The notes under the pieces: generated by a model
The model's input: only the letters and a program-made list of their open reading frames with translations
Told to the model about the DNA's origin: nothing
The model's database searches: none
Assembly: GCA_963812015.1 (NCBI GenBank)
Contig: CAWETI010000003.1
Location: 448,001 to 512,000, forward strand
DNA: 64,000 bases
Direction: 5' to 3'
From: an uncultured delta proteobacterium
GTDB lineage: Bacteria; Desulfobacterota; Desulfobaccia; Desulfobaccales; 0-14-0-80-60-11
Shown here: positions 20,268-30,797 of the stretch, piece by piece
How positions within the stretch are numbered: position 1 is the first letter of the stretch
How the letters are laid out: every line of letters starts with the position of its first letter
Position numbers and translations under genes: made by a program

Positions 20268-22085
20268 CTAATCGCCCTTTTCTATAGGCATTTCGCCGTA
20301 GCCTCGGGAGCCCGGGGGCAGTTCGGTGATGTTCACCGGCTCGTACTGGAGGTCGGGCATGGGGGCGCCGGGTTTCCAGTAGGCCAGGGTACGTTTCAGC
20401 CAATTGTCGTCGTCCCGCCGGGGGAAGTCCTCACGGTAGTGGCTGCCCCGGGATTCGGTGCGCTGCAAGGCGCCGTAGGAGATGCACAGGGCCAGGCGGA
20501 GCATGCCGGGGAGGCGGAGGGCGGCCAGGAGTTCAGGGTTGGGCCCCAGGCCGCTGGAGCGCAGCCGGACCTGCAGGGACCGCGCATACAGGCCCTGAAG
20601 GGTGGTCACCGCTTCCTGGAGGGCGTCATGGTTGCGGAAGATGCCCACGTTGCGGGTGAGGGTTTCTTCCATCTGGCGCCGCAGGGAGTAGGCGTCTTCG
20701 GAGCCGTTTTTGCGGCTGCGGAGGTCGGCCAGGCGCTGGGCCTGGGCGGCCATGGCGTCTTCCACCAGGGAGAAGGGGAACATCAGGGACTGTTCCTGAG
20801 CAAATTCAGTTACCCGTTCTCCTACCACCATGCCGGCGACGATGGTTTCGGCCAGGGAGTTGCCGCCCAGGCGGTTGAAGCCGTGCAGGTCCCAACAGGC
20901 GGCTTCGCCGGCGGCAAAGAGACCCTTCAAGCCATAGACCTCGCCGTTCTTGTTGGTGCGCACGCCGCCCATGGAGTAGTGCTGGGTGGGCCGCACCGGG
21001 ATGAGGGCTTCCACGCAGTCGATGCCCAGGAAATTTTGGCAGATGGTATGGACTTCCCGGAGGTTGGTGCAGATGTGCTCCGGGCCCAGGTGGCGGATAT
21101 CCAGCCAGAGGTGGGGGCCGTAGGGGCTGTCCACGCCGAATCCCTGGCGGATATGGTGCAGCATCCAGCGGCTGACCACGTCCCGGGAGGCGATTTCTTT
21201 TTTCACCGGCTCATAATCGGGCATGAAGCGATGGAGATTTTTATCCAGGAGGATGCCGCCGTCTCCCCGGCAGCCCTCGGTGACCAGGATGGCGGCGGGG
21301 ACGATGCCGGTGGGGTGAAACTGCACCGCCTCCATGTTGCCCAGGGGCACCACGCCGGTGTCCAGGGCGATGGACATGCCGGTGCCTTCATTGATGACGG
21401 CGTTGGTGGAGACGCCATACATGCGCCCGTAGCCGCCGGTGGCGATGACCGTGGCCTTGGCCAGGTAGGGGCGGAGTTCGCCGGTGCGCAAGTCCATGGT
21501 GACCGCGCCGCAGCAGGTGTCGCCGTTTTGGATCAGGCTGATGGCTTCGCAACGATCATGCACCGTCACCCCCAGCTTCACCACCACGGAATCCATGGCG
21601 TACTGGAGGACGTGGCCGGTGCCGTCGGCGGCGAAGCAGGTGCGCCACTTGGCGGTGCCGCCAAACTGGCGCTGGGCGATGAGGCCGGCCTTCTCCTGGA
21701 GATCCTCGATCTCGGTGCCGTCGGGGAGAGTTCTCTTGCCAGGGATGACCCGGGACCAGGGCACGCCCCAATAGGAAAGCTGGCGCACGGCCACGGGAGC
21801 CAGTTCGCAGAAAAGCCGGGCCACTTCCTGGTCACAGCCCCAGTCGGAGCCTTTGACCGTATCGGCAAAGTGAATGTCGGCACTGTCACCGTAGCCCTCG
21901 GCCACGTTCCCCAGGGACGCCTGCATGCCCCCCTGGGCGGCGGTGCTGTGGGAGCGGCGGGGCGGCACCAGGCTCAAGATCGTGACACTGTGGCCGTTCA
22001 TGGCGGCTTCGATGGCCACCCGTTCGCCGGCTAAGCCGGCCCCGATGACCAGGACATCTGATATGTGTGCGTCGGACCAGTTCAT
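20268..22085 (-). CDS. frdA: Fumarate reductase flavoprotein subunit
   Basis: GAGLAG, RSHSTAAQGG, QFHPT, TEGCRGDGG, HYSMGG, HGFNRLGGNSL. Confidence 0.95.
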   Translation of the reverse strand: MNWSDAHISDVLVIGAGLAGERVAIEAAMNGHSVTILSLVPPRRSHSTAAQGGMQASLGNVAEGYGDSADIHFADTVKGSDWGCDQEVARLFCELAPVAVRQLSYWGVPWSRVIPGKRTLPDGTEIEDLQEKAGLIAQRQFGGTAKWRTCFAADGTGHVLQYAMDSVVVKLGVTVHDRCEAISLIQNGDTCCGAVTMDLRTGELRPYLAKATVIATGGYGRMYGVSTNAVINEGTGMSIALDTGVVPLGNMEAVQFHPTGIVPAAILVTEGCRGDGGILLDKNLHRFMPDYEPVKKEIASRDVVSRWMLHHIRQGFGVDSPYGPHLWLDIRHLGPEHICTNLREVHTICQNFLGIDCVEALIPVRPTQHYSMGGVRTNKNGEVYGLKGLFAAGEAACWDLHGFNRLGGNSLAETIVAGMVVGERVTEFAQEQSLMFPFSLVEDAMAAQAQRLADLRSRKNGSEDAYSLRRQMEETLTRNVGIFRNHDALQEAVTTLQGLYARSLQVRLRSSGLGPNPELLAALRLPGMLRLALCISYGALQRTESRGSHYREDFPRRDDDNWLKRTLAYWKPGAPMPDLQYEPVNITELPPGSRGYGEMPIEKGD

Positions 22086-22741
22086 GACAGACCTTTGGGA
22101 ATGTTACGGAAATAGAAGACCAACAGGGTCAGGAAGCCCAACCCCACGAGGCCGATGGTGGCGTAGACCAGGTAAGCAGTGAATTTGCGCCGGTGAATCC
22201 AGCTCCACTTCACCAGGATACGGTATAGGCCCACCATGGCATGGATTTCGCCGGCCACGATCAGGAGGACAAAGTTGGAGAAGTAGCCTCCCTGAATCCG
22301 GGCGGCGCTGGTGGCGGCCGAGATGGGCCAGGTGACCAGGACGCTCCAGATGTGGGTGGAGGCCAGGACCAGGATGATCAGGCCGGTAAGGATCTGGACG
22401 CCCCAGGCCCAGGTATCCAGATGGGCCAGGCGGCGGGAATGCTGCACGAAGACGCGCATCTCCTGGAACTTCCAGGGAGCCTTGCGTAGCGCCACCAAGC
22501 CGTGGACCATGATGGCCAAGATGACGAGGGCAATACCCACATAGGAGATATAGTACTCATCCATGCGGGCGGAATCCCGGTTGAAGGCGTCAACCCCGAG
22601 AATGATGCTGGAAACCGCAAAGAGATGGAACTGGATAAACCCGAGCAAGATCAGGCCGGTGGTCAGTTCCAAGAGTTCCATGCGGGCTTCCAGCTTAGGA
22701 CTTTTAGCCAGAAGTTTTTGTAAAATCACGGGAGCACTCAC
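22082..22741 (-). CDS. frdC: Fumarate reductase diheme cytochrome b subunit (type B)
   Basis: Five hydrophobic segments with His ligands; first gene of frdCAB. Confidence 0.85.
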   Translation of the reverse strand: MSAPVILQKLLAKSPKLEARMELLELTTGLILLGFIQFHLFAVSSIILGVDAFNRDSARMDEYYISYVGIALVILAIMVHGLVALRKAPWKFQEMRVFVQHSRRLAHLDTWAWGVQILTGLIILVLASTHIWSVLVTWPISAATSAARIQGGYFSNFVLLIVAGEIHAMVGLYRILVKWSWIHRRKFTAYLVYATIGLVGLGFLTLLVFYFRNIPKGLS

Positions 22742-23258
22742 TTAAGTTAAATGTGAAATTCTTAGCAAGCTCAGATTTTAACTATATTTGAGGGAAAAAT
22801 CATTGTCAAAGATTTTCTCCCCAGGGGGGACAAGGGGCCGGGAGGTGAGAACAATTGCCTCGGCAAGCAGCGTCCAACCCTGGCTGCGGCCACGAGCCCT
22901 TTTGGTCAGGCCCAGAGTGAGAACTTTTGGGCTGATCATTAGAGGACTTTAACAATGGGTTTTCCGAGTTAGTGGCCAAATTTTATCAGGCGGGCCGGGG
23001 CCGGCAAATCAGATAATTGATGATTTCCTTGTCAAAAGTTTTCTTACACAGGGGATATTGGCCGGGGAGTCCTTGGTGGGCACAGCAGGCGGTGGTCCTC
23101 TATGTTATTGGCAAGAAAAGATTCTTCGCTGCGCTCAGAATGACCAACTGGCGCAAAAAGAGGTTTTGAACGGGGTTATAGAGTCTGATGCCAGCGGGTT
23201 TGGGATGGCATCGGGAGCGAGTTGGGCGGGGCGACGCCAGCCAAGTTCCTTCAGCTTT

Positions 23259-24068
23259 TCAGGCGGAGGGAAACCAGAAGGCCAGACCGATGATGAGGGC
23301 GGCCAGAAGGAGGCGGTAGACCGCGAAGGGGATGAAGGTGTGGCGCTGGAGAAAGCGCAGCAGGTACTTGATGGTGAGGTAGCTGGAGATCACCGCGGCC
23401 AGGAACCCGAGGGTGGCGGGAAGGAGGGGGAGGGTCCCGGCGGGCTCATGGAGCCACTTGGGGATGTGGTGGAGGCCGGCGCCGGCGATGATGGGGGTGC
23501 ACATCAAAAAGGAGAAATGGGCGGCGGAACGGCGGTTGAAGCCTAAAAACAGGCCGGTGGTCATGGTGATGCCGCTTCGGGAAACTCCGGGCATGATGGC
23601 GAGGGCCTGGGAGAGCCCGATGAGCACGGCGTCTTTCAAGGTGATCTGGTCCAGGCGGCGGCGATGCCGGGCCAGGATTTCGCCCAGGATCAGCAGCAAC
23701 CCCACGGCGCCCAGGAGAATGGCGATGCGGGTCGGCTCCCGGAAGATGGTTTCGGCTTTCTTTTCCAGCAGCACCCCAGCCAGGGCCCCGGGGATGGTGG
23801 CAATGATGAGAAAAAAGAGCATCTTGCGCTCAGGGCGGTTGTACCGGGACGGGGAGATGAAGGCGTGGGCCATGTCCAGCCAATCCTGGTAGAAGTAGGC
23901 CACCAGAGCCACGAGGGTGCCGAGGTGGAGGAGGATGTCGAAGCCCAGGCCGCCGGCAGTTACGTGGAGATAGTGCTCCAAAAGGGCCAGGTGGCCGGAA
24001 CTGGAAACAGGCAGGAACTCGGTGATACCCTGGACGACGCCGAGCAGGAGGGCGATGAGGGGGTGCAT
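23259..24068 (-). CDS. uppP: Undecaprenyl-diphosphatase
   Basis: GVVQGITEFLPVSSSGH; PGVSRSG. Confidence 0.95.
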   Translation of the reverse strand: MHPLIALLLGVVQGITEFLPVSSSGHLALLEHYLHVTAGGLGFDILLHLGTLVALVAYFYQDWLDMAHAFISPSRYNRPERKMLFFLIIATIPGALAGVLLEKKAETIFREPTRIAILLGAVGLLLILGEILARHRRRLDQITLKDAVLIGLSQALAIMPGVSRSGITMTTGLFLGFNRRSAAHFSFLMCTPIIAGAGLHHIPKWLHEPAGTLPLLPATLGFLAAVISSYLTIKYLLRFLQRHTFIPFAVYRLLLAALIIGLAFWFPSA

Positions 24069-24146
24069 AATTGGGGAATGTATCACGGGAACTAGCCGCA
24101 GGCAATCTGAAAGGTGGCTGCCAAGGAAAAGATTGCAGGTTGTGAG

Positions 24147-24320
24147 GTATAGGGAATGCCAAAAGTTTTTTCTGTTATCGGCAATGCTGCAAAAGCCAAA
24201 ATCCCCCCTAACCCCCCTTTGTCAAATGGGGGGACATTGCGGAATCATTTGAAAAGACCCCCTTTGCAAAAAGGGGATTTAAAAATCAGCGAGCGGAATG
24301 AATTTGTGACAAACGCTATT
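24147..24320. repeat. MITE/REP-like element, homologous to 48235-48420
   Basis: Shared AAAAGTT...AAATCCCCCC..CCCCCTTT..AAAGGGG core and ...AAACGC(T/C)AT end. Confidence 0.65.
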
Positions 24321-24507
24321 AGGTGGAGGAGACGAATGGCGGTGCGGTTTCGGTGGGGCGCGGCCCAGGCTGAGAGCCTGCGCCACCGGGTATTGGGGGA
24401 GCGACCGGATAAAATTTGCCCTCAAGAAAATTTTGGCAAGAGGCTCAAACGATAAGAAAATTTTCCTGGGGCCGCCCGGCAAATCACCCTGCCACGGGCA
24501 GGGACGA

Positions 24508-25425
24508 TTATGGCGACTTGGCCACGGTGACGGTGACGGTGGCGGGGCGGGAGCCCAGGAGGCTGACGCCGCCGGGCAATTCTGCGGAGACGTTGAGGCG
24601 GTGACGGCCAGGGGACAGATTCCGGGTGTCCACCCGGGCCTTGAGGTCGTCGGGCGTGAGTTCTTGGACCAGGGGCCAGGGGCCTTTAATGACAAGGTTG
24701 ACCAGGGCCGGCGTGACTTTGGCCGGTTGGGGGTCGGCGAGTACGGTAACCCCGGAAAAAGTCCGGGTAAGGGTTTTGGGGCCGATCTGGATGTCCGCCA
24801 GGATGGGGACCGGCTCTTTCAAGGCCAGGTGAAAGTTCTTGAAATCCAGGTCCGTGGCGATGATGGTGTGTTCCTTGAGGTGGGACAGGTCGATGGGGAG
24901 GGTGGGAATAAAATTCAACTCGGCCAGTTCCGAGTAAGGCCCTTTCACCATTACCTGGACCGGCCGGATTTGGACGCTGATGACCTCGTAGCCTTCGGGA
25001 GGTTTGTTGTCCAGGATGGGCTTGACGGGCAGGGTTTGGGTCATGGTGGCGGCTAAGGTCAGGTTGATGGGATTGGGTTGGATGCGAATGACCTGGACCC
25101 CCCGGGGAAAGGAAAAGCTGTTGGGGCCGAGAGAGAAGGTGTGACGGCCGCTCTTATAGCCGGTCAAGTCCATGGTCTGGGTGAGGCGGGTCTGGGAGAG
25201 ATTATTGACAATGGAGCGGGGGCCGACCACCCGGACCTGGATGGCCGGGGGCACCTCGTTGATGGCCATGAGATTTTTGTGCAGGTTGGCCAGCTCCAGG
25301 GCCATGGTGATAGTGGTCTCGGTGCGTTCCTCACCGCTGACGGTGAACCAGAGGGCAATGGCCAGTAGGAGGGAAAAGAGTTTCAGGAGCCTATGGCGTT
25401 TTAACGTACCGAACCAGCTTTTCAA
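24508..25425 (-). CDS. cdaR: CdaR/YbbR-like regulator of diadenylate cyclase
   Basis: N-terminal TM (LKLFSLLLAIALWF) plus YbbR-like repeats; overlaps the cdaA stop; start estimated. Confidence 0.85.
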   Translation of the reverse strand: MKSWFGTLKRHRLLKLFSLLLAIALWFTVSGEERTETTITMALELANLHKNLMAINEVPPAIQVRVVGPRSIVNNLSQTRLTQTMDLTGYKSGRHTFSLGPNSFSFPRGVQVIRIQPNPINLTLAATMTQTLPVKPILDNKPPEGYEVISVQIRPVQVMVKGPYSELAELNFIPTLPIDLSHLKEHTIIATDLDFKNFHLALKEPVPILADIQIGPKTLTRTFSGVTVLADPQPAKVTPALVNLVIKGPWPLVQELTPDDLKARVDTRNLSPGRHRLNVSAELPGGVSLLGSRPATVTVTVAKSP

Positions 25426-26194
25426 TCCAGTTTCCTTTATGATTAGCCGGAGTTTCCAGCAGGTCCCTGAGGGCCTGACGCAGTTGCAGCCGGGTAAGAT
25501 CGCGTCGCAGTTTTCCCCCGTAGGCCAGGGAGATCTGCCCGGAGGTTTCGGAAACCACCAGGGCCAGGGCATCGCTCTGCTCGGAGACCCCGACTGCGGC
25601 CCGATGGCGGGTGCCCAGAGTGGGGTCCAGGTCGGGATTGCGGGACAGGGGCATCAGGCAGCCGGCGGCCAAGGCCCGGTCCCCCTGGAGGATAACGGCG
25701 CCGTCATGGGTGGGATTGTGGGGCCAGAACAGAGCGACCAGCAACTCCTTGGTGACCAGGGCGTCCAGCTTGATGGCTCGTTCGAGAAAATCCGACAGGC
25801 CGATATAGCGCTCCATGACGATGAGGGCGCCGATGCGGCGGCTGGCCAGGGTGTCGGCGGCATCGCATACTTCTTCAACGGTGAGGGGGGCCTGGAGGCC
25901 GCCAGGGGTCAGGGCCTTTTTGCCCATGCTACTGAGAAACCGGCGGATATCGGCCTGGAAGAGAATGATGACAATGAGCACAAAGCTCTTGACGATGATG
26001 CCCAGGAGCCATTCCAGGGTAAAAAACTCCAATTGGCGGGCCACCACATAGGCGATGAACAGGAGGAAGAGCCCGGCCAGGACCTGGGTGGCCTGGGTGC
26101 CGCGCAGCACCAGCACTATCTGATAAATGATGATGGCCACCAGGATGATATCCACACCATCCTGCCAGCGCAGGTTGCCTAGAAATTGCCACAT
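25391..26194 (-). CDS. cdaA: Diadenylate cyclase CdaA
   Basis: Three TMs; HDGA and GTRHRAA motifs. Confidence 0.95.
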   Translation of the reverse strand: MWQFLGNLRWQDGVDIILVAIIIYQIVLVLRGTQATQVLAGLFLLFIAYVVARQLEFFTLEWLLGIIVKSFVLIVIILFQADIRRFLSSMGKKALTPGGLQAPLTVEEVCDAADTLASRRIGALIVMERYIGLSDFLERAIKLDALVTKELLVALFWPHNPTHDGAVILQGDRALAAGCLMPLSRNPDLDPTLGTRHRAAVGVSEQSDALALVVSETSGQISLAYGGKLRRDLTRLQLRQALRDLLETPANHKGNWIEKLVRYVKTP

Positions 26195-26373
26195 GGTCGG
26201 AGCGAGGGCGAATCCTTTCCGGAGATGGCAGGTGATCCGGGGGCGAAGGCATACTGGCCCCTCCGGTCATCTCCAACTTAATCCTTTTGAAGGGTTCAAG
26301 CCAGGAAATGTTAAGAGCGTCAGTAAAAAAAATCCGCCGGCGGTACGGGACACCTGGGCCGGGAGCTTTTATG

Positions 26374-26483
26374 CCAAGTTGCCGTCAAACAAGTAATAAT
26401 CAGCATGGTAAGGGCGGTTCGCGAACCGCCCCTACAGGGGTTGCTATCATAAAGTCATAATTAGCTTTTTGACGGCAACTTGG
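26374..26483. repeat. MITE with 16-bp TIR enclosing a GTAG-type REP
   Basis: CCAAGTTGCCGTCAAA ... TTTGACGGCAACTTGG; inner GGGCGGTTCGCGAACCGCCC-CTAC. Confidence 0.75.
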
Positions 26484-26620
26484 TAGTAATATTTCCAGGA
26501 GTTAGTATAAATTTCGCCTCCCCTGTTTTAAAGGGGGGGAATAACTGCGTCGGCTGATGAGACGCTTACTTTGAGATCCTTCGCTTCGCTCAGGATGACA
26601 AAAAACCGTGATTCGGTAGC

Positions 26621-27517
26621 CTAACGAGGAGCCGTGCCGGCCGGGGCTGCGCGAATCGCCTCCAGCACGGCCAGGAACTGGCGGGCATAGGCCACGTTAT
26701 GGGTGCGGACGATGCGGGCGCCGCGCATCACCGCCACGGCCAGGGCCGCCAGGGAGCCGAGGTCCCGTTCTTCGCCGGCGGGGAGGTCCAGGATATGCCC
26801 GATGAAGGCTTTCCGGGAGGCTCCCACCAGGATGGGGGCGCCTAAATCCAGGAAAACATCCAGGTGGTTCAAGATCTCCAGGTTGTGTCGCCAGGTTTTG
26901 CCAAATCCGATCCCGGGGTCCAGGACCAGCAGATCGGCGGGGAGGCCCTGGGAGACGGCGAAGTCCAGACGTTCCCGGAAGAAGTCGTGGACCTCCCCCA
27001 GCAGGTCATCATAATGGGGTTGCCGCTGCATGTCCCGGGGGGTGCCCTGCATGTGCATCAGGACCACCGGCGCTTGCAGCTCCGCAGCCAGGGGGGCCAT
27101 ATCCGGGTCGAAGCGGAGGGCGCTGATGTCATTGATCAGGGTGGCTCCCGCCTTGAGGGCGGCCCGGGCCACCGGGGCCTTGTAGGTGTCGATGGAGATG
27201 GGGACGGGAATTTCGGGGGTCAGGGTCTCGATGACCGGCAGGACGCGGCGGAGTTCCTCATCCAGGGAAACGGGATCGGCAAAAGGCCGGGTGGATTCGC
27301 CGCCGATATCCAGGATGTCGGCCCCGGCCGCCACCAGGGCCCGGGCCTGGGCCAGGGCCGCGGCATGATCAAAGAAGCGGCCGCCGTCGGCAAAGGAGTC
27401 GGGGGTGACATTGAGCACCCCCATAATCAGGGGGCGGGAGGCAGCCAGCAGCGCCGTCCAAACATGACGGCGCTCCGGAATCCCCGCAAGGCCGGAGGGG
27501 TGCGTCAGGCCCGACAT
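26621..27517 (-). CDS. folP: Dihydropteroate synthase
   Basis: MGVLNVTPDSFADGG, DIGGESTRP, DPGIGFGK, SRK. Confidence 0.96.
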   Translation of the reverse strand: MSGLTHPSGLAGIPERRHVWTALLAASRPLIMGVLNVTPDSFADGGRFFDHAAALAQARALVAAGADILDIGGESTRPFADPVSLDEELRRVLPVIETLTPEIPVPISIDTYKAPVARAALKAGATLINDISALRFDPDMAPLAAELQAPVVLMHMQGTPRDMQRQPHYDDLLGEVHDFFRERLDFAVSQGLPADLLVLDPGIGFGKTWRHNLEILNHLDVFLDLGAPILVGASRKAFIGHILDLPAGEERDLGSLAALAVAVMRGARIVRTHNVAYARQFLAVLEAIRAAPAGTAPR

Positions 27518-27519
27518 GC

Positions 27520-29394
27520 TTACGCCTGCTGGAGGCCGAGGGGTAGTTGGGGGGCGATTTCCGGGGTTTCCGGAGGTTCGGCCGGCTGCTTAAAGGAGTC
27601 CAATATCCGGTCGATTTCGGGGCTGTCCAGGGTCTCCTTTTCCAGGAGGGCCTGGGCCAGGGCTTCCAATTGGGCCCGATGGGTGGTCAGCAGATCCCGG
27701 GCTTGATTATAAGAATTGAAGACCAGGTTCTTAATGGCGTGGTCGATGACCCGGGCGGTCTCCTCACTGAAATCCTTGGCCTGGGAAATCTCCCGGCCCA
27801 GGAAGATGTGTTCGTCCCGTTTCCCAAAGGTAACGGGGCCCAACTCGTCGCTCATGCCCCAATTGCACACCATCTTGCGGGCCAAATCGGTGGCCCGTTC
27901 CAGGTCATTGCCGGCCCCGGTGGTGAAATGCTGGAAGACCAGTTGTTCGGCGGCCCGGCCCCCCAACAGAACCGTCAGGACATCGACGAGATACTCTTTG
28001 GGATAGGTGTGCCGTTCATCCAGGGGCAATTGCTGGGTGAGCCCCAGGGCCCGCCCCCGGGGGATGATGGTGACCTTATGGATGGGGTCGGCGCCCGGAG
28101 TGCATTTGGCCACCAGGGTATGGCCGGCCTCGTGATAGGCGGTGTTGAGGCGTTCCCGTTCAGTCAAGATGAGGCTGCGGCGTTCCGTGCCCATGAGGAC
28201 CTTATCTTTGGCCTGTTCGAAGTCGGGCATGGTGAGCGCGTCACTGCCGCGGCGAGCGGCGAACAGGGCGGCTTCGTTGGCCAGGTTCTCGAGGTCGGCG
28301 CCGGAAAATCCGGGGGTCCCCCGGGCCAAGATGGACAGGTCCACCGTGTCGGCCAGGGGAGTGCGGCGGGTATGAACTTTGAGGATGGCTTCCCGCCCCT
28401 TGAGGTCGGGGATGGGGACCACCACCTGGCGGTCGAAGCGGCCGGGCCGCAGCAGGGCGGGGTCCAGGACGTCCGGGCGGTTGGTGGCGGCGATGAGGAT
28501 AACCCCTTCATTGGCCTCAAAGCCGTCCATCTCGACCAGGAGTTGATTCAAGGTTTGTTCCCGCTCATCGTGGCCGCCGCCCAAACCGGCGCCCCGATGA
28601 CGGCCGACGGCATCAATTTCATCGATAAAGATGATGCACGGGGCGCTCTTCTTGCCCTGGATGAACAGGTCCCGCACCCGGGCGGCGCCGACGCCCACAA
28701 ACATCTCGACGAAATCGGAGCCGCTGATGCTGAAGAAGGGCACGCCCGCTTCTCCGGCGATGGCCCGGGCCAGGAGGGTTTTGCCGGTGCCCGGGGCGCC
28801 CACGAGAAGAACCCCTTTGGGAATGCGGCCCCCCAGACGGGTGAACCTCTTGGGATCTTTGAGGAAATCGATGATCTCGGACACCTCTTCCTTGGCTTCC
28901 TCGATGCCGGCCACATCAGCGAAAGTGATCTTGACGGTATTTTCGGTCATGAGGCGGGCCCGACTTTTGCCGAAGGACATAGCTTTACCGCCGCCGGACT
29001 GCATCTGGCGCATGAAGAAGATCCAGATGCCCACCAGGACCAACATGGGCAGCCAGGAGATCAGCAGGGTGGTGTACCAGGGAGAATCATCCTTGGGCTT
29101 GGCGGTGATCTCGACCTTCTTGGCCTGGAGGAGCTTGATCAGATCCGGGTCGGTGGGGGCGTAACTCTTAAAGGCCTTGCCCTCTTCCATTTCGCCGTTG
29201 ATTTCATCGCCCTGGAGAGTGACCTTTTTGACTTTGTCACCCTTCACCAGATCGATAAATTTGCTGTAATTGATGGTGGCCTTGCCCCGGGCGTGCTCCA
29301 CGCTGTTGAAGTAATTGAACAGGAAGATCATTACCAGGGTGATGAGCAACCACAGGGCGATATTCTTGTAAAATGGGCTCAAACGGTTATTCAT
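27520..29394 (-). CDS. ftsH: ATP-dependent zinc metalloprotease FtsH
   Basis: Two TMs, [21 protein letters not shown]; start approximate. Confidence 0.97.
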   Translation of the reverse strand: MNNRLSPFYKNIALWLLITLVMIFLFNYFNSVEHARGKATINYSKFIDLVKGDKVKKVTLQGDEINGEMEEGKAFKSYAPTDPDLIKLLQAKKVEITAKPKDDSPWYTTLLISWLPMLVLVGIWIFFMRQMQSGGGKAMSFGKSRARLMTENTVKITFADVAGIEEAKEEVSEIIDFLKDPKRFTRLGGRIPKGVLLVGAPGTGKTLLARAIAGEAGVPFFSISGSDFVEMFVGVGAARVRDLFIQGKKSAPCIIFIDEIDAVGRHRGAGLGGGHDEREQTLNQLLVEMDGFEANEGVILIAATNRPDVLDPALLRPGRFDRQVVVPIPDLKGREAILKVHTRRTPLADTVDLSILARGTPGFSGADLENLANEAALFAARRGSDALTMPDFEQAKDKVLMGTERRSLILTERERLNTAYHEAGHTLVAKCTPGADPIHKVTIIPRGRALGLTQQLPLDERHTYPKEYLVDVLTVLLGGRAAEQLVFQHFTTGAGNDLERATDLARKMVCNWGMSDELGPVTFGKRDEHIFLGREISQAKDFSEETARVIDHAIKNLVFNSYNQARDLLTTHRAQLEALAQALLEKETLDSPEIDRILDSFKQPAEPPETPEIAPQLPLGLQQA

Positions 29395-29624
29395 TGGGTC
29401 CTTAAACGCAGGCAAACGCCAGAGAAATTTCAATTATATAGATTTTACCCTACATATTTTACGTTTCATGGGGGAAAAATGCAAGGTGAATTGTGAGGTT
29501 GGCTTAATTGGGGCGGGGGAGAGAGCCAGGGCCCCAGGCTGCACGCCTTCCCCCTGCTGAAGGGAAAGGCCCGGGCCTGGGGCCGGTGGGGGTCATAATC
29601 AACCCGGTGGGCGGTTAAGAGGGC

Positions 29625-29810
29625 CTAAAACTTCTCTCCCGGAAACAGACTGGCCAGGCTTTCCCGGGGGATGCGCCAGGGGCTGCGGCCCCACTTGACT
29701 CCGGCGATCCGGCCGTCACGCATCATCCGGTAGACGGTACGCCGGGAAATAACCAGGATCGCGGCCGCCTCATCCGGCCGAAAAAACCGCTTTTGGTGTA
29801 ATAATTCCAT
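29625..29810 (-). CDS. Excisionase-type (HTH_17/MerR-like) DNA-binding protein
   Basis: RPDEAAAILVISRRTVYRMMRDGRI...WRIPRESL; GGGAGG RBS. Confidence 0.85.
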   Translation of the reverse strand: MELLHQKRFFRPDEAAAILVISRRTVYRMMRDGRIAGVKWGRSPWRIPRESLASLFPGEKF

Positions 29811-29869
29811 CTTTCAGCCTCCCTGCTGTTTTAGATTGCTCTTCCTTAAGGGTTTTGAGGTTCTTGAGA

Positions 29870-29885
29870 TGCAAGGGGCACGCCA
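29870..29885 (-). promoter_or_regulatory. Sigma54-type -24/-12 promoter
   Basis: Minus strand TGGCGTGCCCCTTGCA (GG-N10-GC), 60 nt before the HTH ATG. Confidence 0.6.
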
Positions 29886-30000
29886 GGTTGCGGCGGCTAA
29901 GGATTAAAGGAAGAAACAAGCATCGTTGGTGGGCTTGAGGACACGGCGGCCGGGCCAGGCGCTTCATGGTTTCGGGCGACCCGGCGGGTCGCCCCTGCAA

Positions 30001-30124
30001 GCCATTTCAAAACCTGGATTGATGGAGAATGGTCATTCTGAGCGTAGCAAAGAATCTCGTGGTTTTAATAAGTTGAGATCCTTCACTCCGTTCAGGATGA
30101 CAAAAAAGCAGGTTTTGAAATAGC
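30001..30124. repeat. MITE-like element with TIRs enclosing a GTCATTCTGAGCG-type repeat pair
   Basis: GCCATTTCAAAACCTG ... CAGGTTTTGAAATAGC (15/16); inner repeat also at ~23118-23144 and ~26573-26600. Confidence 0.7.
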
Positions 30125-30623
30125 TTCTAGGGGTCACATCCCCAAGGCAATCCCTTCACGACACGCAAGCATAACTGATTGAATTCGCCCGGGAGGCCCA
30201 TCAGCAGATTACTTTACCCCCCACTATTAGCGGGATTTTCGCCCTTTACCCCTAGAGATTGGGAAAATCCCCCTAGACCGGTTGCACCGGGCGTGGCGCC
30301 TGGTATCCTACCCTTCCCGTCAGGCTGCCGGGGCCGATGATTATTGGGCGCCCCAGTGGTTTTTCCCTGAGCCGACCCCCAAGCCGGAGGTCGGCCGCCT
30401 GAAGCAGTGCACGAAAGAGGCCAAGGACCGCGGCTGGGCCTACCCATGCGGCCTGAAGCCGGGGGAATCGCGCCGCCATGATGATGCCATGGGCACGGTG
30501 TGGTTTGGGTCCTTGGCGGCCGGCAAACCGCAGGATATGGGACAGGAGGAGACAGGTGTCTTACGGGTTGCACGAATCTTGAAAGGGGTTAGAGGCACTG
30601 TGCCAAAAAAGGGAGGCAAGGCA

Positions 30624-30797
30624 ATGACGCAAGACCGTCTGATGAGACCCAGGGAAGTGGCCAACCGGCTGGCGGTGTCCAGATCCACGGTGTACCGCTG
30701 GTTTTGGGAGGGTAAGCTCAAGGGCGTCAAGATCACCGGGGGTACGGTCAGAATCCTGGAGAGCGCCATGAGGGATAAGATGGCCGAGATTTATTAA
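30624..30797 (+). CDS. Excisionase-type (HTH_17) DNA-binding protein
   Basis: GGGAGG RBS; LMRPREVANRLAVSRSTVYRWFWEGKL..VK...GTVRI. Confidence 0.85.
   Translation: MTQDRLMRPREVANRLAVSRSTVYRWFWEGKLKGVKITGGTVRILESAMRDKMAEIY

Noticed and set aside
30364..30400. CCCTGAGCCGA resembling 6S RNA
   Set aside because: The rest of the rod structure and the conserved 3' motifs are missing.
30521..30560. GGCAAACC...GGGAC resembling a c-di-GMP-I riboswitch
   Set aside because: No GNRA-capped P2 stem and no GCAAA/P3 continuation.
30568..30583. TTGCACGAATCTTGAA as a sigma54 promoter for the rightward HTH gene
   Set aside because: Both invariant dinucleotides (GG and GC) are altered.
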